A stretch of 64,000 bases of DNA from Lytechinus pictus (GCF_037042905.1 NC_087255.1:6448001-6512000); one strand, 5' to 3'. Positions 1-14,840 are shown, numbered from the stretch's first letter. Notes: generated from the letters alone by a model not told the origin. A program made the numbers and translations.

Positions 1-1230
1 CTGTGAGCAAGGAATGGTGACGAAGTTACAAAAAGCAAATTAATTTTCTGCTGTATAGAATTTAAAACATTGGATTGGCGTATAATTTCAAACAATGTTA
101 AAAAAAATATGCAACTTAATTTGATATAAGCGCTATGTTCTTCAGGGGCATCTATGAAAATTAAATGAGGATGGTTTTACACATAACTTACCAAAATGAG
201 CGAATTGGTTTATGACATTATTGTATCGCTAATAAATAGTTACATGCGAACATATACATAAGAAAATTCACTTTTTATTCACATTATTTTAAAATCCCCT
301 ATCGATCCTTTTCATCCAATTTTCACGATTAATTTTCACAGCATAGACGAAACGGCGTAATGACTCCTATAAAACATTACTTGTTGAAAAATTGCGGTGC
401 ACACAATGACTGAATACATTATACATGTTATACACCACAAACCCAATGCTCTTTCTAAAGTTGGTCAATTATTTCCTCGTCGGAGCATGACCGACAATTA
501 GGTCTCCGTAGCATTACGATTAATTTCACGATCAAGATACAAAACCAATTACAGGTGATCGCGCTGCGTATAAGATAAGGTTTTAACAGGGGTGTACGTC
601 GACAAGAATGAAATAATGCGATAGTTCTTTTTATAAGTGTAATTAGTGTAATTCATATCATTACCTTTAATACTCATTCTTTTTTAAATAAATCTTGCAA
701 AATAAAGAGATTCTGACACCACAATATACAACCTCTTGCAAAAAAAAAAATGGTGATAATGATTGAAAGCTACATTTGTCCCATATTTGAAACCTTTTTA
801 AGTTCCTCAAACAAGAAGAAACTGGGTCTGAACAACTCTAAAAAAGAATATCTACAAGAAACACTACAGGTTCTTTTTATAACCTATGTGGTTCTTGGTG
901 GTGTGAAGAACCAGAACAATGTTGTACAGGGTTCCTTGCACTATCAAGAACCTAATAGGATGTATGAAAAACATTACAGGTTTCCACATAGAACACACAC
1001 ACACGCACACACACCCCCTCACACACACAGGTTCAAAATGACCCCTTTTTACCCGTTCCCTTCTTTGGAGAACCTTAAGAGGTTCCAAATACGAGGCAAA
1101 GAAAGAAGGATTTTAAATTTCAAAGAGTGTAGACTCGTGGATAGTTCATGGTAACAGTTTCACATCTACGGATGATAACAATGATGCTGATAACAGGAAT
1201 AGGGATGGAAAGAGAGAGATAGGGATAAAT

Positions 1231-1287
<57 letters not shown>

Positions 1288-1345
1288 AGAGGGAGAGAGA
1301 GGGGGGAGAGAGGGGTGAGATGGAACAGTTTCTCATCTACTGAAG

Positions 1346-2901
1346 CAGTGGCGTAACAGGGGGGGGGGGCAGGGGGCAAGTTGCCCCCCCCCCCTGGCGG
1401 ATTTCACCGGGAAAATAAAAGAAAAACGGGAAAAAGAAAAAAAGGAGGGAGAAAGAAAGGGAAAGGGGAAGGAAAGGGGAAAAGGAAAGGAGGAAAGGGA
1501 AAGAGAAAAGTGAAAAGAAAACGAAGACATTTTTTTTTAATGGGAAAGGAAGGAAAGCGGGAAAATGTACGAAAGAAGAACAATTGAGAAAGAACAAATC
1601 ATCGAGAAATAGGCCTATGTAATGCAATAGCACGGTGGGAAATAAATTAAAAAATGGCAAAATGGCAAACAATAGCGGGAAACGAAGGTAGAATGTAATT
1701 ATTCAAAAGCTAAATTGGAAAACAAAGAAAAGGGACAAGAAAAAAAAACAATAACACGACCGGGCTGCCGATGATTGAAATTAAAAAGCGGGAAGAAAAA
1801 TGGACTGCATACAACATTGTGCTATAAGCTTGCTAAATTTTATGCAAATAAGCTACCGGGGCTTTGCCCCAGACCCCACGCAGTAGGGGGCTCTTCATCT
1901 ATAACCTTCAAATGGCTCTATAACGCCCCCGTTCAATCACGTTCAATCACTGGCATACAGGAGGAGGGGGGGGGGGGGTTGTGGTTCCACACCCAAGAGG
2001 AAATAAAAAAAATTATAGGAGACAACGAAACAATGAAATGTGTTATTTGCTGAATATAATGGAAAAATCTATCACATAATTAGAATTTAATTTCAGTAGG
2101 CAATATTTTTCCAGCTCGCTTTGCACGCTGGCGACTTTTTACAAAATTTTCCCACATTGCTATGTTTTGCCCCCTCAAAATATTTGGTTCATTATGCAAC
2201 TGGGTTTAATAAATGTGTTGTGTAAAAGCTATATTCTGTATAAGCCCGCGATTTGATTAAAATTGCGGAAATCTGCGAGGTTTAAATGGCTTTGATATCA
2301 AGAAGTTCCGGGGGCTCCGCCCTGGACCCCAAACGCGTATGGAAGGGTTGGGCCATGGCCCCAAAAAGTTCTACAGACAAGAACAACAAAAAAAAAGGAG
2401 GAAAGAAAAGCAAAGGAAAATTGAAGGATATGATTTAAATTACTGAAAATAATGTCAAACAATATTCTCATGAAAAAAAAAATTCTCGCTCGCTTCGCTC
2501 GCTCGGGACTTATATATAAAGCAGCTTTTTAGCACATGTGCTATACTGCGCTCCTCGTTGTTTTTTTGTTTTGTTTTGTTTTTTACTCTTCACGCTACTG
2601 CCGCAAAGAATCCTGTTCACAGTGGCGTACAGACCACCGTGACAAAAAAGGAATCTAAAGAGAGAAGAATGAAATATATTATTCTCTGGAAATCATGTCA
2701 AAATCTATCACAAAATTTGATTTTTTTGTATTAAAAAGGTGAAAAATTTTGCTCGCTCGCTCGCAACTTTTTTAAAAGATATATTCTGGCCTTCTCAAAA
2801 TAGTCGCCTCATTACACCATTACGCCTGTTCATACCATGATATGACCGGGAAATTTTTTGGCTCTTGCCCCCCCTGGCCACCGACCCCTGTTACGCCGCT
2901 G
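1346..2901. mobile_element. Composite hAT-like non-autonomous element
   Basis: TIRs CAGTGGCGTAACAGGGG / CCCCTGTTACGCCGCTG. Flanks TCTACTGAAG and TCTACTGGGG resemble a TSD. Extra TIR-like ends inside and a module repeated about three times. Confidence 0.7.
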
Positions 2902-4059
2902 TCTACTGGGGGCATATATTACCATGGAAACCTAACAGGGTAGGATTTTAAGTGAGTGTCTGTTAAGACGGAGCATGGAGGCTATACCACCCGTGGTTTT
3001 ATTGCCTCATAGAGGAATTCCACCCCCCCTTTTTTTTCTACCCGCCCTCTGCCAGGGCACTCTCTATTAAAACGGGGCTTCTATATCTCTCTTCCCCCCT
3101 CTCTCTTTCTCTATCCTCGGCCTGCATATTTTTACTCTCTGCTCAATGAAACGCAAGGTTAAACGAAGCGGACACGCACCATGCAGTCAGTTACTCTCGC
3201 CCTCTCATCAATATTCAACACGCCCCAACAAATTCGGTAACTCGACCCATCCTCAATGTCAAGTCGGATTCCATTACTATCAACAACGAATTGCAAATCG
3301 ATTTCATTACACTGGCGTATATCCTACATCTTTATCAAGAGCAAAACAGTTTTGAAAGTATAACTATTTGTATTAAGCGCTATATATAAATGTCGCATGT
3401 TATACTTATTTTTGTTATTTACTGAACAATTGAGCGGGACTCAAGTATCCTGTATCAAGTATCAGCAACCCTTGTTATTAAGTATTAACAATATTCAAGA
3501 TCTGTGAAAAAATGAATGGTTTCCAAATGTACAACAATGCTTGAAATAAGGGAATTTTTTTCTTTCATACATTATTTTGCTTGAAGCATGTTAATGTTTC
3601 ATGTAATACTTTGCATAATGAATAAAATGACTCATGTAAACTTTAACAGCTAAGTTGTTAATGGAGATTCTATTCCCTGTTTATATGGTATATAAATGTA
3701 AATATCTAAATTCAAGTAGAATGTCTTAAGGTACATGATCAATATCGCACGTCATATCCAAATAGAATTCGCCCAATGGAAATGGACACGACAATAATTT
3801 CCCCTAAAGTAGGTCAACTGAAAGAAAGTTTAAGACTCGCACAGTATCATTATTGTATAAAAAACTCATCTCGTTTACATTATTCAAATGATAACCAGCA
3901 TAACAATTGCATCACCAAAGAACAAACACAACCCGAAGAAGAATTCACCTTTCACTGGACCGACCCTAGAGTTAACTCCATGTGGTACCAACTCCGTGAT
4001 GCCAGAAAAATTTAAGCCGCCCTGCATTATTAATTTCCTACGTCATCAATGAGCGATGT

Positions 4060-4160
4060 GGTGACGTCACACCAGTCCAAAAAATGAATATAAACCTTGT
4101 GTTTCATTCATCACAGAGTCTCTCTCTTTCGCCCGCCGCGCCGTTTCCGGGAGCGGTGTC
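4060..4160 (+). promoter_or_regulatory. Candidate Pol II promoter (CRE, TATA, CpG-rich leader)
   Basis: TGACGTCA at 4062-69, TATAAA at ~4089, TCATTC/AGTC Inr-like sequences, then a CpG-rich stretch. Motifs only. Confidence 0.3.
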
Positions 4161-5154
4161 GTTTAAAGTTAACCGAAGCGGTACCAAAAACAACCCGAAT
4201 GAATCAAATTTGACGCAGGATATGCCGACTTTCTCACCAAAATGAAACAATTAGGCGAGCAAAAGACGTATGTTTGGAAAAAACTAAAGTAATGAATAAA
4301 AAGGCTGCGATACGTCTCTGACAATATTTACAGATGAGTCTCTGAAAAGTACGATCACCCTCACCGGCTAGTATTGGTATTGGATGCAGGCTCGTTCAAC
4401 TTTATTTGATGGAAATTTAGGATTTCACAAAGAGAGGATGAGGATATTTTTTTGAAGATTTTGAGAGGAAGAAGGAAAAGATTGGAGTGAAAAGCAGACT
4501 TACAAATTTGCGAAACGTGGAGAGAAAACGCCGATAGAGGGCGAAAATAGAAAAGCGGAAAAGGAAGAGAGATTGGGAAAGGGGGAGTCAGTGAATGAAT
4601 GGAGAAAAAATGAAAGAAAGCAAAGTGATTGGTATTTTTCAACGTCATATTTTCCCAGGCTAATTCCTGTAATATCTGGCCGATTTCTTTCCTTTACAGT
4701 CAAATTCATTGCAAAAGTAATCATTGATAAGATTGTAGATTTTGGTATTACCTCCTTATAAGATGCCCCGAACGTTTTTATTGTCATATGACATCATAAC
4801 TTACAAGGAAATATATCCACTACACAAATATTTCAAAATGTCTTTGTATTACATAAAGTTAAATCCAAATGACGTGATCGCAGTTTCAAAAATAGATGTC
4901 AGGAAATAAAATAATGTAGCATAATGAAAAATCTATTTCCAAAAGACACTCACAAAAAACCCATTTTCTTCACTACTCATAAGACGCCTCTTCAAAGTTG
5001 TGGGTTTATCTGAAAAAAAAAAACCGTAATCTACATTTACAATAATATTCATGATTTGTATTCCACTAGAATTAAATAAACGAATATCGATAAATGTTAC
5101 TAATTAAAAAAAAAATAATAATTTAATACATGGATATCATTATTATAATTAATC

Positions 5155-5392
5155 AATAGCGGTGCATTTAAAAGTATTTCAGCATGAAACTATCTTCTCC
5201 CTCGCTGTGATATGCCTCTATGCCAAAACTATGATTGAAAACAAACCTGACATCTTATCCATACACTACAATAAATAGCAGTGCATTTGAAAGGTGTATT
5301 TTAGCATGAAACCATCTTCTCCCTCGCTGTGATATGCCTCTATGCCAACACTATAGGTCGGAAACAAAGATGACATCTTCTCTATACACTAC
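5155..5392. repeat. Tandem duplication, ~119-bp unit x2
   Basis: AATAGC.GTGCATTT...CATGAAAC.ATCTTCTCCCTCGCTGTGATATGCCTCTATGCCAA...ATACACTACA occurs twice. Confidence 0.85.
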
Positions 5393-7556
5393 ATGCGACT
5401 ACAAACTGTAAGAGAGCTGCAGTGCATGGGCATGATAAGAACAGTTTCATCATAAAGCGTAAAACTAAACCTGTCTCACTTCGATTTCATGAGGTCGTGA
5501 CATTTCAAAGACGAGTTCTCACCCCCTACGATCTTACGAACTAGAAATGCTTGATTTAATCCCATATCGATAAACTTCTTACTGAGGATCAAATGAGTAA
5601 ACAAGTGAGAGAAATTTGTAATAGGGCAAAGGTCGAGAAATATACTGCATGAAATATTTGAAGATCAAGTCTGGCAACTATGCGACATAGTTTTTTTTTA
5701 TTTTTTATTAGAATGAAAGCAATTCATCAAGTTTTATCAATCAATCTGTCAATGAAGAATTCAATCGATTAATCAATAATTAGTGAAATAATCAGAAAAT
5801 CAATCAAACAAACAATCAATCAATCAATTTGTATTTCAAAAGGGAAATGAATGGATGACTAAATGAATGAATAAACGAAAAGAGCTAAATAAACAAATAA
5901 TTAAACAAATAACTGTATGAATATATAAATAAGTACTTATTTGACAAAATAAACATGTAAACAAATGAATGAATAATCCCTCAGTCAATGAAATAAACAA
6001 AAGACACATTAATAAAAATGATAGTTACATGTTTTCATTCTTTTGATTAAAGCAACACAACAGTGATTTAAGCCTGATACACCCCCCAAAAAATATCCAT
6101 GACAATTGCCAATTAAATCCCATATCATATAAAAATCTAGTATCATAGTATCAGTATAGTAAATATCATCAATATTATCATCTGAATGAGGCCTGTGGAG
6201 ACAGAGACAAGATATAAACGCATAACTTTTCTGTCTGATTGATGAACTCAACACAAAATACGTCACCGTGGCCCAGCCAGGGTACATCTGTAGAGCTAGG
6301 GACCATAATATTCATACACCCCCTCCTCCGCGAAATTGTCATTTTCCTATTGCGCCTATGCGTATTAAATTATCGGTCCATAATATCCGTATATTCCAAT
6401 TTCATGTTCGCGCCATGCATGATGCGCGCTTGCACTATACACTTTGCGTCACAGTTACCAGTTACTTAGCCTGGATTACTTCATGAAGTTCACGAATAAC
6501 CTGAAATGAGAAGTACCAACAGGCAGACAGACATAAAATGTTACAAACAATAGCTTGAATTACACATAATACAAAAGTAACAAGTGTAGGCCGGTAATAA
6601 TAATAATATTGACTTATTTTGACTGGCTTTAAATTTCGGGAAATGCCACATTACATTTCCCTTAGTAGATCCGTATTACCCTCGTCAAGACCCATACAAT
6701 AATTATGAGACTACTTCGGGAAATATATACAATGTATGGTATCTCCTTCAAAGCCAGCACGTTGAATGATCAGAACCAATTTTAAAAGTGATATCGAGTT
6801 TTTAAAATGGTCAATTCTTGCAGTAGCTTTTCAATGTCTTTATCATATTTTTCTTTAAATCGAATTTTAGTACGTGAAATTCTATACACATACGTGGAGT
6901 TGTGAAATGATGCAAATTTCAATGTCACAAATTTCAATACTTAAGGAACGAATTTTTTTTAATAGTGCATATTGTGAGGAAACATTTACACTGATATCTT
7001 ACGAGATATATCGATCTTGTATACACGTCTGGTAGGAATTTCCGTCTCAGTTGTACGCAAATTCTCCTTTTGAATTCTGCATCTCCAGCGTTTCATTACA
7101 AATATTTGTTGGTTTTGGTGTATATGTAGCTAGCCATCTTAACCTAGATTTTCTTTTTAAATCACATGCTCACATTGCTACTCATATCCTTGGTATCATT
7201 CTAACAGACATACGGATTTCTCTGCAGTAAATGACACTGCTTTAACACCAGCTGAGAAATTGATCTTGGGTGTAATGACGTCACGGGTGGTAATTTTAGG
7301 CAAGGCAATCGACAGCGCTACCTACGGGGAACCTGATGTCATGATCAAACATTTTCTTGTCTTGTCAAAATCTAATTTTAATTGATCGCAAAAATATCTG
7401 GATATCAAGATAGATTTTTCCTTCAGTAGCGTGCATTTTAAAAGCGGTTGTAAATATGTCATGGTATTTTGTACTGGAATAAGGTAAATATCGTGGAATA
7501 TTAACAAGAAATTAAAAACTGTAACGATATAATTATAGTTAACAATTATTTGTATA

Positions 7557-7782
7557 TAAATTCCAAGGATTTAAAATAAATCCAGATCGGCTGTGAATAA
7601 TGACCAGCCGAATATTAGATTAAGATTCAAACCATAAGGATTTAAAAATCAAGCTAAAAGATTTAGATTTGCATCATTTGAGATTTAAAAGTTAATCCCA
7701 TAGATTAAAATAAATCCATAATTCGGCTGGTCACCATTCAAAGCCGATCTAGATTAATTTTAAATCCTTGGAATTTAGAGTG
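7557..7782. mobile_element. Foldback MITE with GATTTAAA repeats (CAC-type right end)
   Basis: TAAATTCCAAGGATTTAAAATAAATCCAGATCGGCT...AGCCGATCTAGATTAATTTTAAATCCTTGGAATTTAGAGTG; inverted arms of about 55 bp. Confidence 0.7.
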
Positions 7783-7954
7783 TACGTAAGAGAGTTGTAT
7801 TTTTTTTTATAGACATAAGATTTTAGAGGGTATGAATAACTACTAATACTATGCGACCGTAATACTACTAATGTCACGACATACTCTGAAAACAAATCGG
7901 TTAAAATGACTGGTTAGTCTGGTCAGCTGGGTGCAACTGTTATTCTAGTCATAT

Positions 7955-8099
7955 TACTACTACTACTACTACTGCTACTACTGCTACTACTGCTACTACT
8001 GCTACTACTGCTACTACTACTACTACTAATAATAATACTACCAATACTACTACCACTACTAGTCTACTACTAGTACTACTACTACTACTACTACTACTT

Positions 8100-8150
<51 letters not shown>

Positions 8151-8167
8151 TACTACTACTTACTACT
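7955..8167. repeat. (TAC)n/(TGC) microsatellite
   Basis: Seen directly. Confidence 0.95.
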
Positions 8168-8683
8168 GAAGAATCGGAGAGATGGGCAGGGTACTGGAAG
8201 AAATGAAAATTGGTTAGGATGGCATTCGACTCGAGCGGGCTCTCCGAAACCTCGTAAATTATTCAAGCCTTTCTTGAGGTATATCGTGAATCATTGATCG
8301 TCCTCGGGAATCGAAACATCAGTCAAAACGTGTCAAATGTCACGTCTATAACCTGATAACTTATTTTATCGCGCCCTTTCAGAGATGGTCAGACGTCGCC
8401 TGTCTGTAGACTGTCTTCATGGGCATTTCACGTCTTGGCAAGAATAGATGAGAACCCCCTCCCCTTTTTCAAACAAAAATGTAATTGCAGACATTCATCA
8501 TTTCAAATGAAAAGTTTACTTTGCTAAATTGACCAATATCGGCAAGCATGAAAACGATGAAACAATTACTGATTTGTAGGATAATTGTGCCAGAGTAATC
8601 ATGTAGTACTGTAGAGCGCTTAGAAACTTCTGATAAAGTTAGAGTCAAGCGCTCTTTAAGCCTGTCTAATTATTATGATTGCA

Positions 8684-8864
8684 TTTTTTTAAAACAAGTG
8701 CACAACTAGTTACCAAGAATGCGTATAGCATTTTCATTTATTTTAATGCAGGATAAAAGAGCATTGTCAATTAGATGCCTTGCTCACAGGCATAGGTGCC
8801 GCGGCCGGGAACGAACCCCGGACTTTCCATGTATAGTCAGGCGCCTTAGACCACTCGGCCACGG
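8684..8864 (-). mobile_element. tRNA-derived SINE family A, copy 1
   Basis: A box TGGCCGAGTGG and B box GGTTCGTTCCC. Body shared with 42545-42734 and 62192-62378. A-rich tail. Confidence 0.85.
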
Positions 8865-9782
8865 AAATTAATATTCGATATCCTGATTTGAAGTGCAGCC
8901 TTAAATGAGACGCGTGGGTTACGATAGGCAACTTTGATTCAACACTAAATTTTCTAGCGCTCACCATTTCATGTTAGGGTATTTTCACGATCACTACGGA
9001 GACGTTTTCTAAAACCCAGATAATCTTTTGTAAAAAGCACTTCAGTGACAAAACAACCTTTGTCGAAAAACGGTGAGTCACAACAGCAATGTCGCCTGTA
9101 ATCTGGACAAACAACATTTTTGCAATTTTTCGTTTTGTCAAAATCTTCGGACGATCTGCTGTCTATTGTCTATTGTGATTTGACTTGCGTTTTCAAAAGG
9201 GATTGGTGCGTTGTAGAAAGCTTTTTGAAAAAAAAAAATGATTATGCCTTTATCGATCAACATTGTAAACCCAGGTAGCTTTGTATTTAGAACAGATGAA
9301 ATAAAAAACTTCATAATATAGTGTGATTGACATTTGTTCGCTTTCTTTTACACCGAGGGATATAATAAGTAAACATTGCTTCCTTCTTAATATCGACAGA
9401 ATTATTGCCCTGGCACGCCCCATTCTTTTAATTGCCCGTCCACTAGAATGATCACGGTCGGCTTTGAAACTGTTGGTCAAAAAGCTGGTCAATTTCGTCC
9501 GCAATTATGTGTAGCTGACCAATGGTCACGGCTCGGTACACTTTTATTACATGTGTCAATATACAGAGTGCCCGAGGCACGGGTGTGAGAGTGATAGGGG
9601 CGAGTTGTAAGGTGGTGATAATGATGCTGGACGCGTTGACCGATCCGAAAGCTGCTACTTCTAATTGTGCGGAATGAAATGAATATTTTACTTATTAAAT
9701 GGATTGCATTAGGGGGGAGGGTGGTGTGTAAAGCGGCCTACTTTTGTAGGAGATACATACAAAAATGAAATACTGACTGCAC

Positions 9783-10126
9783 TCATCGTCATCGTCGTCA
9801 TAATCATCGTCATCATCATCATCAGCATCATCGTCGTCGTCGTCGCCATATCCATCATTGGTAACATTTGTTCACCATTATTATCACCACCACCACCACC
9901 ATCATCATCATCATCCTCATCATCACCATAGTCATCNNNNNNNNNNNNNNNNNNNNNNNNNNNNNNNNNNNNNNNNNNNNNNNNNNNNNNNNNNNNNNNN
10001 NNNNNNNNNNNNNNNNNNNNNNNNNNNNNNNNNNNNNNNNNNNNNNNNNNNNNNNNNNNNNNNNNNNNNNNNNNNNNNNNNNNNNNNNNNNNNTCGTTAT
10101 ACTCATCCCCATCACCATCATCATTA
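9783..10126. repeat. (CAT/CGT/CAC)n microsatellite spanning a gap
   Basis: Seen directly. Confidence 0.9.
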
Positions 10127-11057
10127 TCTCTTCTGTTAAATACGATAAACCTAAACGATTGCTTAAGTTACAAAAAATGGAAAGGTTAAAAGAACAATGT
10201 GTTTTTGTGTCGTGCATACACCCCTGGTAACCCATTCAGCCAGTTCCGTACCGGAGCCGGTTAGTTTGTCTACAAAGCAGTAGTAAACTACATAATTCGG
10301 TGCAGCCAACGGGTTAATACAATATCTATCCCAACGGAAGTACAAAATGGTTACGTTGCTGATACACCCATAAGTCAAAATAGGACATTTATCAGGGGGC
10401 GTTTCCGGTCGCCACCTCAAACCGTTCAACTGGCGACACGGCACATTCTTCAGGAAAAGCCTTTGCTCATCAGAAAGCAATATGACATTTCGGATTTCTT
10501 ATGTTACCAAGGAATTTCTTCCCAATAAAACGGCCAGACATATACAATACATGCAGCATCAAAACGAGATCTATTTGAGTAAAACGATTGCCACCGAGCC
10601 AGCATCTCCATGGTATTATAACTCTGTCGGTAAACTTCAATTCAATTTTCCATCGCAACCATTCGATATGACTTGAAGTGCGCGGGATGAGAAAGAGATT
10701 TTTTTTCTAGCAGTCAGTATTACAAAAGAATGTAGGTTACACATAATCCTTTCATATAAAAAAGTCACAATGCACAGATAAACAGTTAATTGGGGCATAA
10801 GAGGTCGTGGAATATATAGCATCCGTATTAAACGGAGAGGTGCTCAGGAAAATGCACACATCTTCCTGAGAAATATACATAATATTTTTCTTTCTCGATG
10901 GGGGGGGGGGGGGATATCAGTAAAATGAAATTGAAAATTATCATCATTTTTCATAACCAGTTAACCTAAAATCTAAGATTTGTTTTAATCAGTCAAAACA
11001 CACGCTCATTCACCCACATAGAGAGGGAGAGAGATAGAAAATAAAATAAATATGGTA

Positions 11058-11332
11058 AGGAAAAAAAGAAGAAGAAAAAGAAGAGGAAAAAAAAGATAAA
11101 GAAGAAGAAGAAAAAGAACAAGAAGAAGAAGAAATAAACGAATAAACGAACAAGAAAGGAAAGAAAACAAAAACAAACAGAACGAGTAAAGGGGAAAGAG
11201 AAGGACAAGCAAGGGAAGAAGATGACGAAGAAGAAGAAGTTGGAGAAGCTAAAGAAGGAGGAGGAGAGGAAGAAGAGAGTAAAGAAGAAGACGAAGAAGA
11301 CGAAGGAGAAGAGGAAGGAGGAGGAGGAGAAA
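11058..11332. repeat. (GAA/GGA)n purine-rich low-complexity tract
   Basis: Seen directly. Confidence 0.9.
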
Positions 11333-12107
11333 ACATAAACGGTTTAACTTACATCAGCCGTAGATATGAAACAACTATCATCGTCGTCATTTTCCATCTC
11401 GAAAAATAGAACCTCTGGTTACCATATAGATCCCACACTCCTGCGCAGTTATTAATATTTGTCTGTATCAAAATCCTAACCACGTGCCATACCGACACCG
11501 CTGCCCTCGAATCTTTCTAGGTGGTCACGATACAATTCAGATCAGCGCGATAATAATAATATTTGGTGATAGAGTTCGGGAAGTAGGTTTCTTTTCCCGC
11601 GCGCAGACAGTATAACAAATTTTGAATGTGCAGTGCGAAGTTGATGGGTACAGTCCGTATAGGTGGAGAAGTGTACTTGCGAATAGGAACTGTTGGTTTG
11701 ACGTTTTAAGGGGAGATTAACCGCTCACACCGATATTATCGAGTTGTGAGAAGGGGTTTTAAGCGGTATGAATGCGAATAGGGGTGTTGGCGGCGAAAGG
11801 GGAGAGGGTGTTTGCGGAGAAGGGGGTGGGGTGTAAGCCGTTTGACAGGTGCTTCCGATATCGTCCATAGTAAGCACTCCTTTAACATTATTACTATTCC
11901 TAGAATCTTTTACAAAGCATCATCACACAAGGGGGGGGGGGGGGAGCAACATCTAGGCAGTTTATTCTCATGTAAAACGAATGCCATGGAGAGGGGAGGG
12001 GGGGGGGGGAGTAATACCCTTTGCGACAGATGTTGGATCGGGTGCAATTTTAGCCCTTACGTAGGACACTTTGTTTTCCTCCCTTGATCCGCCGATGCTT
12101 TTGAGTG

Positions 12108-12221
12108 TAATGATGGTGAGGATGATGATGATGAAGAAGTTGATGTTGATGAGATGATGATGATGATCAGGCCTAATGATGATGAAGAAGTTGATATTGA
12201 CTGTAGTGATAGTGGTGGTGG

Positions 12222-12252
<31 letters not shown>

Positions 12253-12625
12253 GATGATGATGATGGTGGTGGTGGTGATGATGGTGATGATAATGATGAT
12301 GATGAAAATGATGATGGAGTTGATGGTGATGGTGGTGGTGACGGCACTGCAGTGGTGGTGGTTGTGGTGTTGGTGGTGTTTTTGTTGTTGATTTCGATGC
12401 AAATGGTGGAAGTGTTAATTGTTGATGATGATGTTGATAATGATGATGATGATGGTGATGATGATGGAGATGAAGGTTGTGGTGTGGTGGTGGTGGTGGT
12501 GGTGGTGATGATGGTAGTCGATGCAATGCAGTGGTGGCTTGGTACCAGTGGCAATGCTAATGATTACTGAGGTGGTGCCACTGATAATGGCGTTGATTAA
12601 GACGACGACGATAATGATGATGATT
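12108..12625. repeat. (GAT/GGT)n compound microsatellite
   Basis: Seen directly; accounts for the overlapping poly-H/D/M/V ORFs. Confidence 0.95.
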
Positions 12626-12983
12626 ACGCTACACACTAATGGCCCGTCTGATTCCTAGTGGTCGGTCGCATATAATCGACAAAGTATCATAAAACACCCT
12701 TTTCTATAGCAAAAATCTATATAAAAATACTTGTCAATTTCACAAAACGCAAATGAATCTGCCCAACATAACTTTCGTACATCACTATCGAAGATTCACC
12801 TGAGAATGAGAATCGTACCGTTAAAGCACAACCTCATTCAGATCTACCTCCTTCAAATACAAAACGGCAAGACGTCAGAGAAGGAAAGATCAACGAATAA
12901 GACACAAACGCAAACAAGGTTATGTGCAATTATTCAGCGATATAGGTGCTCATTCTACACACCTACAAGCAAATCTGATACTA

Positions 12984-14067
12984 CAGTGCGTTTCAGAAAA
13001 AAAGGTAATCCAAATCTAGAGGGCTGATATTCGGATCATATTTCATTTTATGAAATTATTCTGCATGGATATAAATGAGAAACTCATCAGCTTTCCATTG
13101 ATACCCTATTTGTACTGTTTGTGCCACGCATGACCAAATCAATCGCCGTTGAAGACAACAAGTGCAGAGACAATTTTTTCCAAGTTTTGGTAAAGTGGGT
13201 AAAACGTGCACTTGATAGAATATGTTTTCCAAAGTAATTTTCGGAATGAAGTGTTACTTGAGGCATTTCTCTAAAATGATGAGTGAAAAGTTAATGTCTT
13301 ATCATGGACCTGGTCTTATTGACCCACACCTTCAACATGTCACCTCTCCTTTGAAAAGAAAGCCAGAAGCGTGGAAGGATATCTTGGACAGCTAGTCTCA
13401 CCAATGGCAATGCCGGATCATTGTGCAAAGCATCCACCTCATAACCAATTTGGCCCTGCAAGTCATCAAAATCTTTGGGAAGAGTTGCAAAAACCTTATT
13501 TTTAAGTGTCCCTAAATGAAATAATCACAAGGCGTGCGGTCAGGCGCTCTTAGTGGCCTTTCATTGCCATGGTTGAGGGCAACAACGCAATGTCCAAAGA
13601 GTTATCTGAGTCTATCACTAATGATGCTGGAACGATGGGCAGGAGCGCCAACCTGAATCCACCAAAGATGCCTGTACACTCCTCACAACTGTCTCTCAAA
13701 ATGTTAGTCCAACTGTGGTACGATCTTCTCGTTCATGGTGTGCAAGTACATTCACCTATTAACACTCCTTTGGAAGAAAAAGGGTCCAATCAAAAGATTT
13801 TATTCCAGCTCAGGCATCGATGAAAATGTTTACATCAGCATTTGCCTTTTCATCAAGTTTTCAAAAACTTGGAAAAAGTGGTTTCTGCACCTTTTGTCTT
13901 AAACATAAATTAATTTGGTCATGCTTAGCGCAAATGGCACAAATAGGGTATCAATGGAAAGCTAATGAGTTTCTCTTTCATATCCATGCACAATAATGCC
14001 ACAAAATTAAATATGCTTCGAATATCAGCCCTTTAGATTTGGATTACCTTTTTTCTGAAACGCACTG
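12984..14067 (-). mobile_element. Tc1/mariner-superfamily internally deleted DNA transposon
   Basis: TA|CAGTGCGTTTCAGAAAAAA...TTTTTTCTGAAACGCACTG|TA with imperfect TIRs of about 200 bp. Minus-strand transposase remnants WWIQVGAPAH (13635-13664; cf. WFQQDGAPAH) and PLRAPDRTPCDYFI*GHLKNKVF (~13490-13560; cf. WPPRSPDLTPCDYFLWG). Confidence 0.88.
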
Positions 14068-14634
14068 TATAGGCCCAGGGAAATACAGTCGGTCAAAATA
14101 AATATTTGAGGGATGATGTATTTGGCTGTCAGAAAGCGTAGGTCTTCCGTCCCAGTTTCGGCCGGGCTGATTTCTTCTGTATTATTTCACATTCTAGCTA
14201 ACGTATAGAAGGGGGTATATCTCCCATAATTCGGATGATATATCATATTAGGTTGGTGGAATGAACGCCGCTCGTGTGCCCTACATAGAATGGGATCTTT
14301 CCGATCTCTCTCTCCTTCATTCTACCCTAATTTAAATGATCACTGCCCTCTCTTTCTCTTCCTCTGATTATCCTCTCCCCCTTAAAGTCTCACTTCTCCT
14401 TAATTGACCTTGCCCGACGTTTTGACAAGTGTGTTCTTGTCGTCTTCAGGAGAGGACATTTGCCCAAGGAGATACGCGGTGTTCTGTGAAACCTACTACA
14501 CTATTCTTCTTCGCCATGAAAACCTTCAGAAGTTACATCATCCCCTTGCCCTTGTATATTTATCGATGAAAAACGCAAAAACAATAGGCCTAACCTATGA
14601 TAAAAACTATATACCTGAAAACAGCAGCACGGCT

Positions 14635-14840
14635 ATAATGATAATGATGATGATGATGATAATGATGATGGTGATGATGATGATGGTGATGATGATGGTG
14701 ATGATTATATTGATGATGCTGACTATATGAACTACCGACACTATCAATTATGGCAATGGTGATAATGATGATGATGATCATGATAGTGATATTGATGATA
14801 ATCACATTAAAAGCTACTGTTAATGATGATAATGATGAAA
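14635..14840. repeat. (GAT)n microsatellite
   Basis: Seen directly. Confidence 0.9.

Noticed and set aside
10993-12636. Multiple overlapping ORFs rich in H, D, G, S, F or P
   Set aside because: They are translations of trinucleotide microsatellites and purine tracts, open in several frames on both strands with no domain content. The same applies to 14404-14805, 59952-60210 and 63497-63978.
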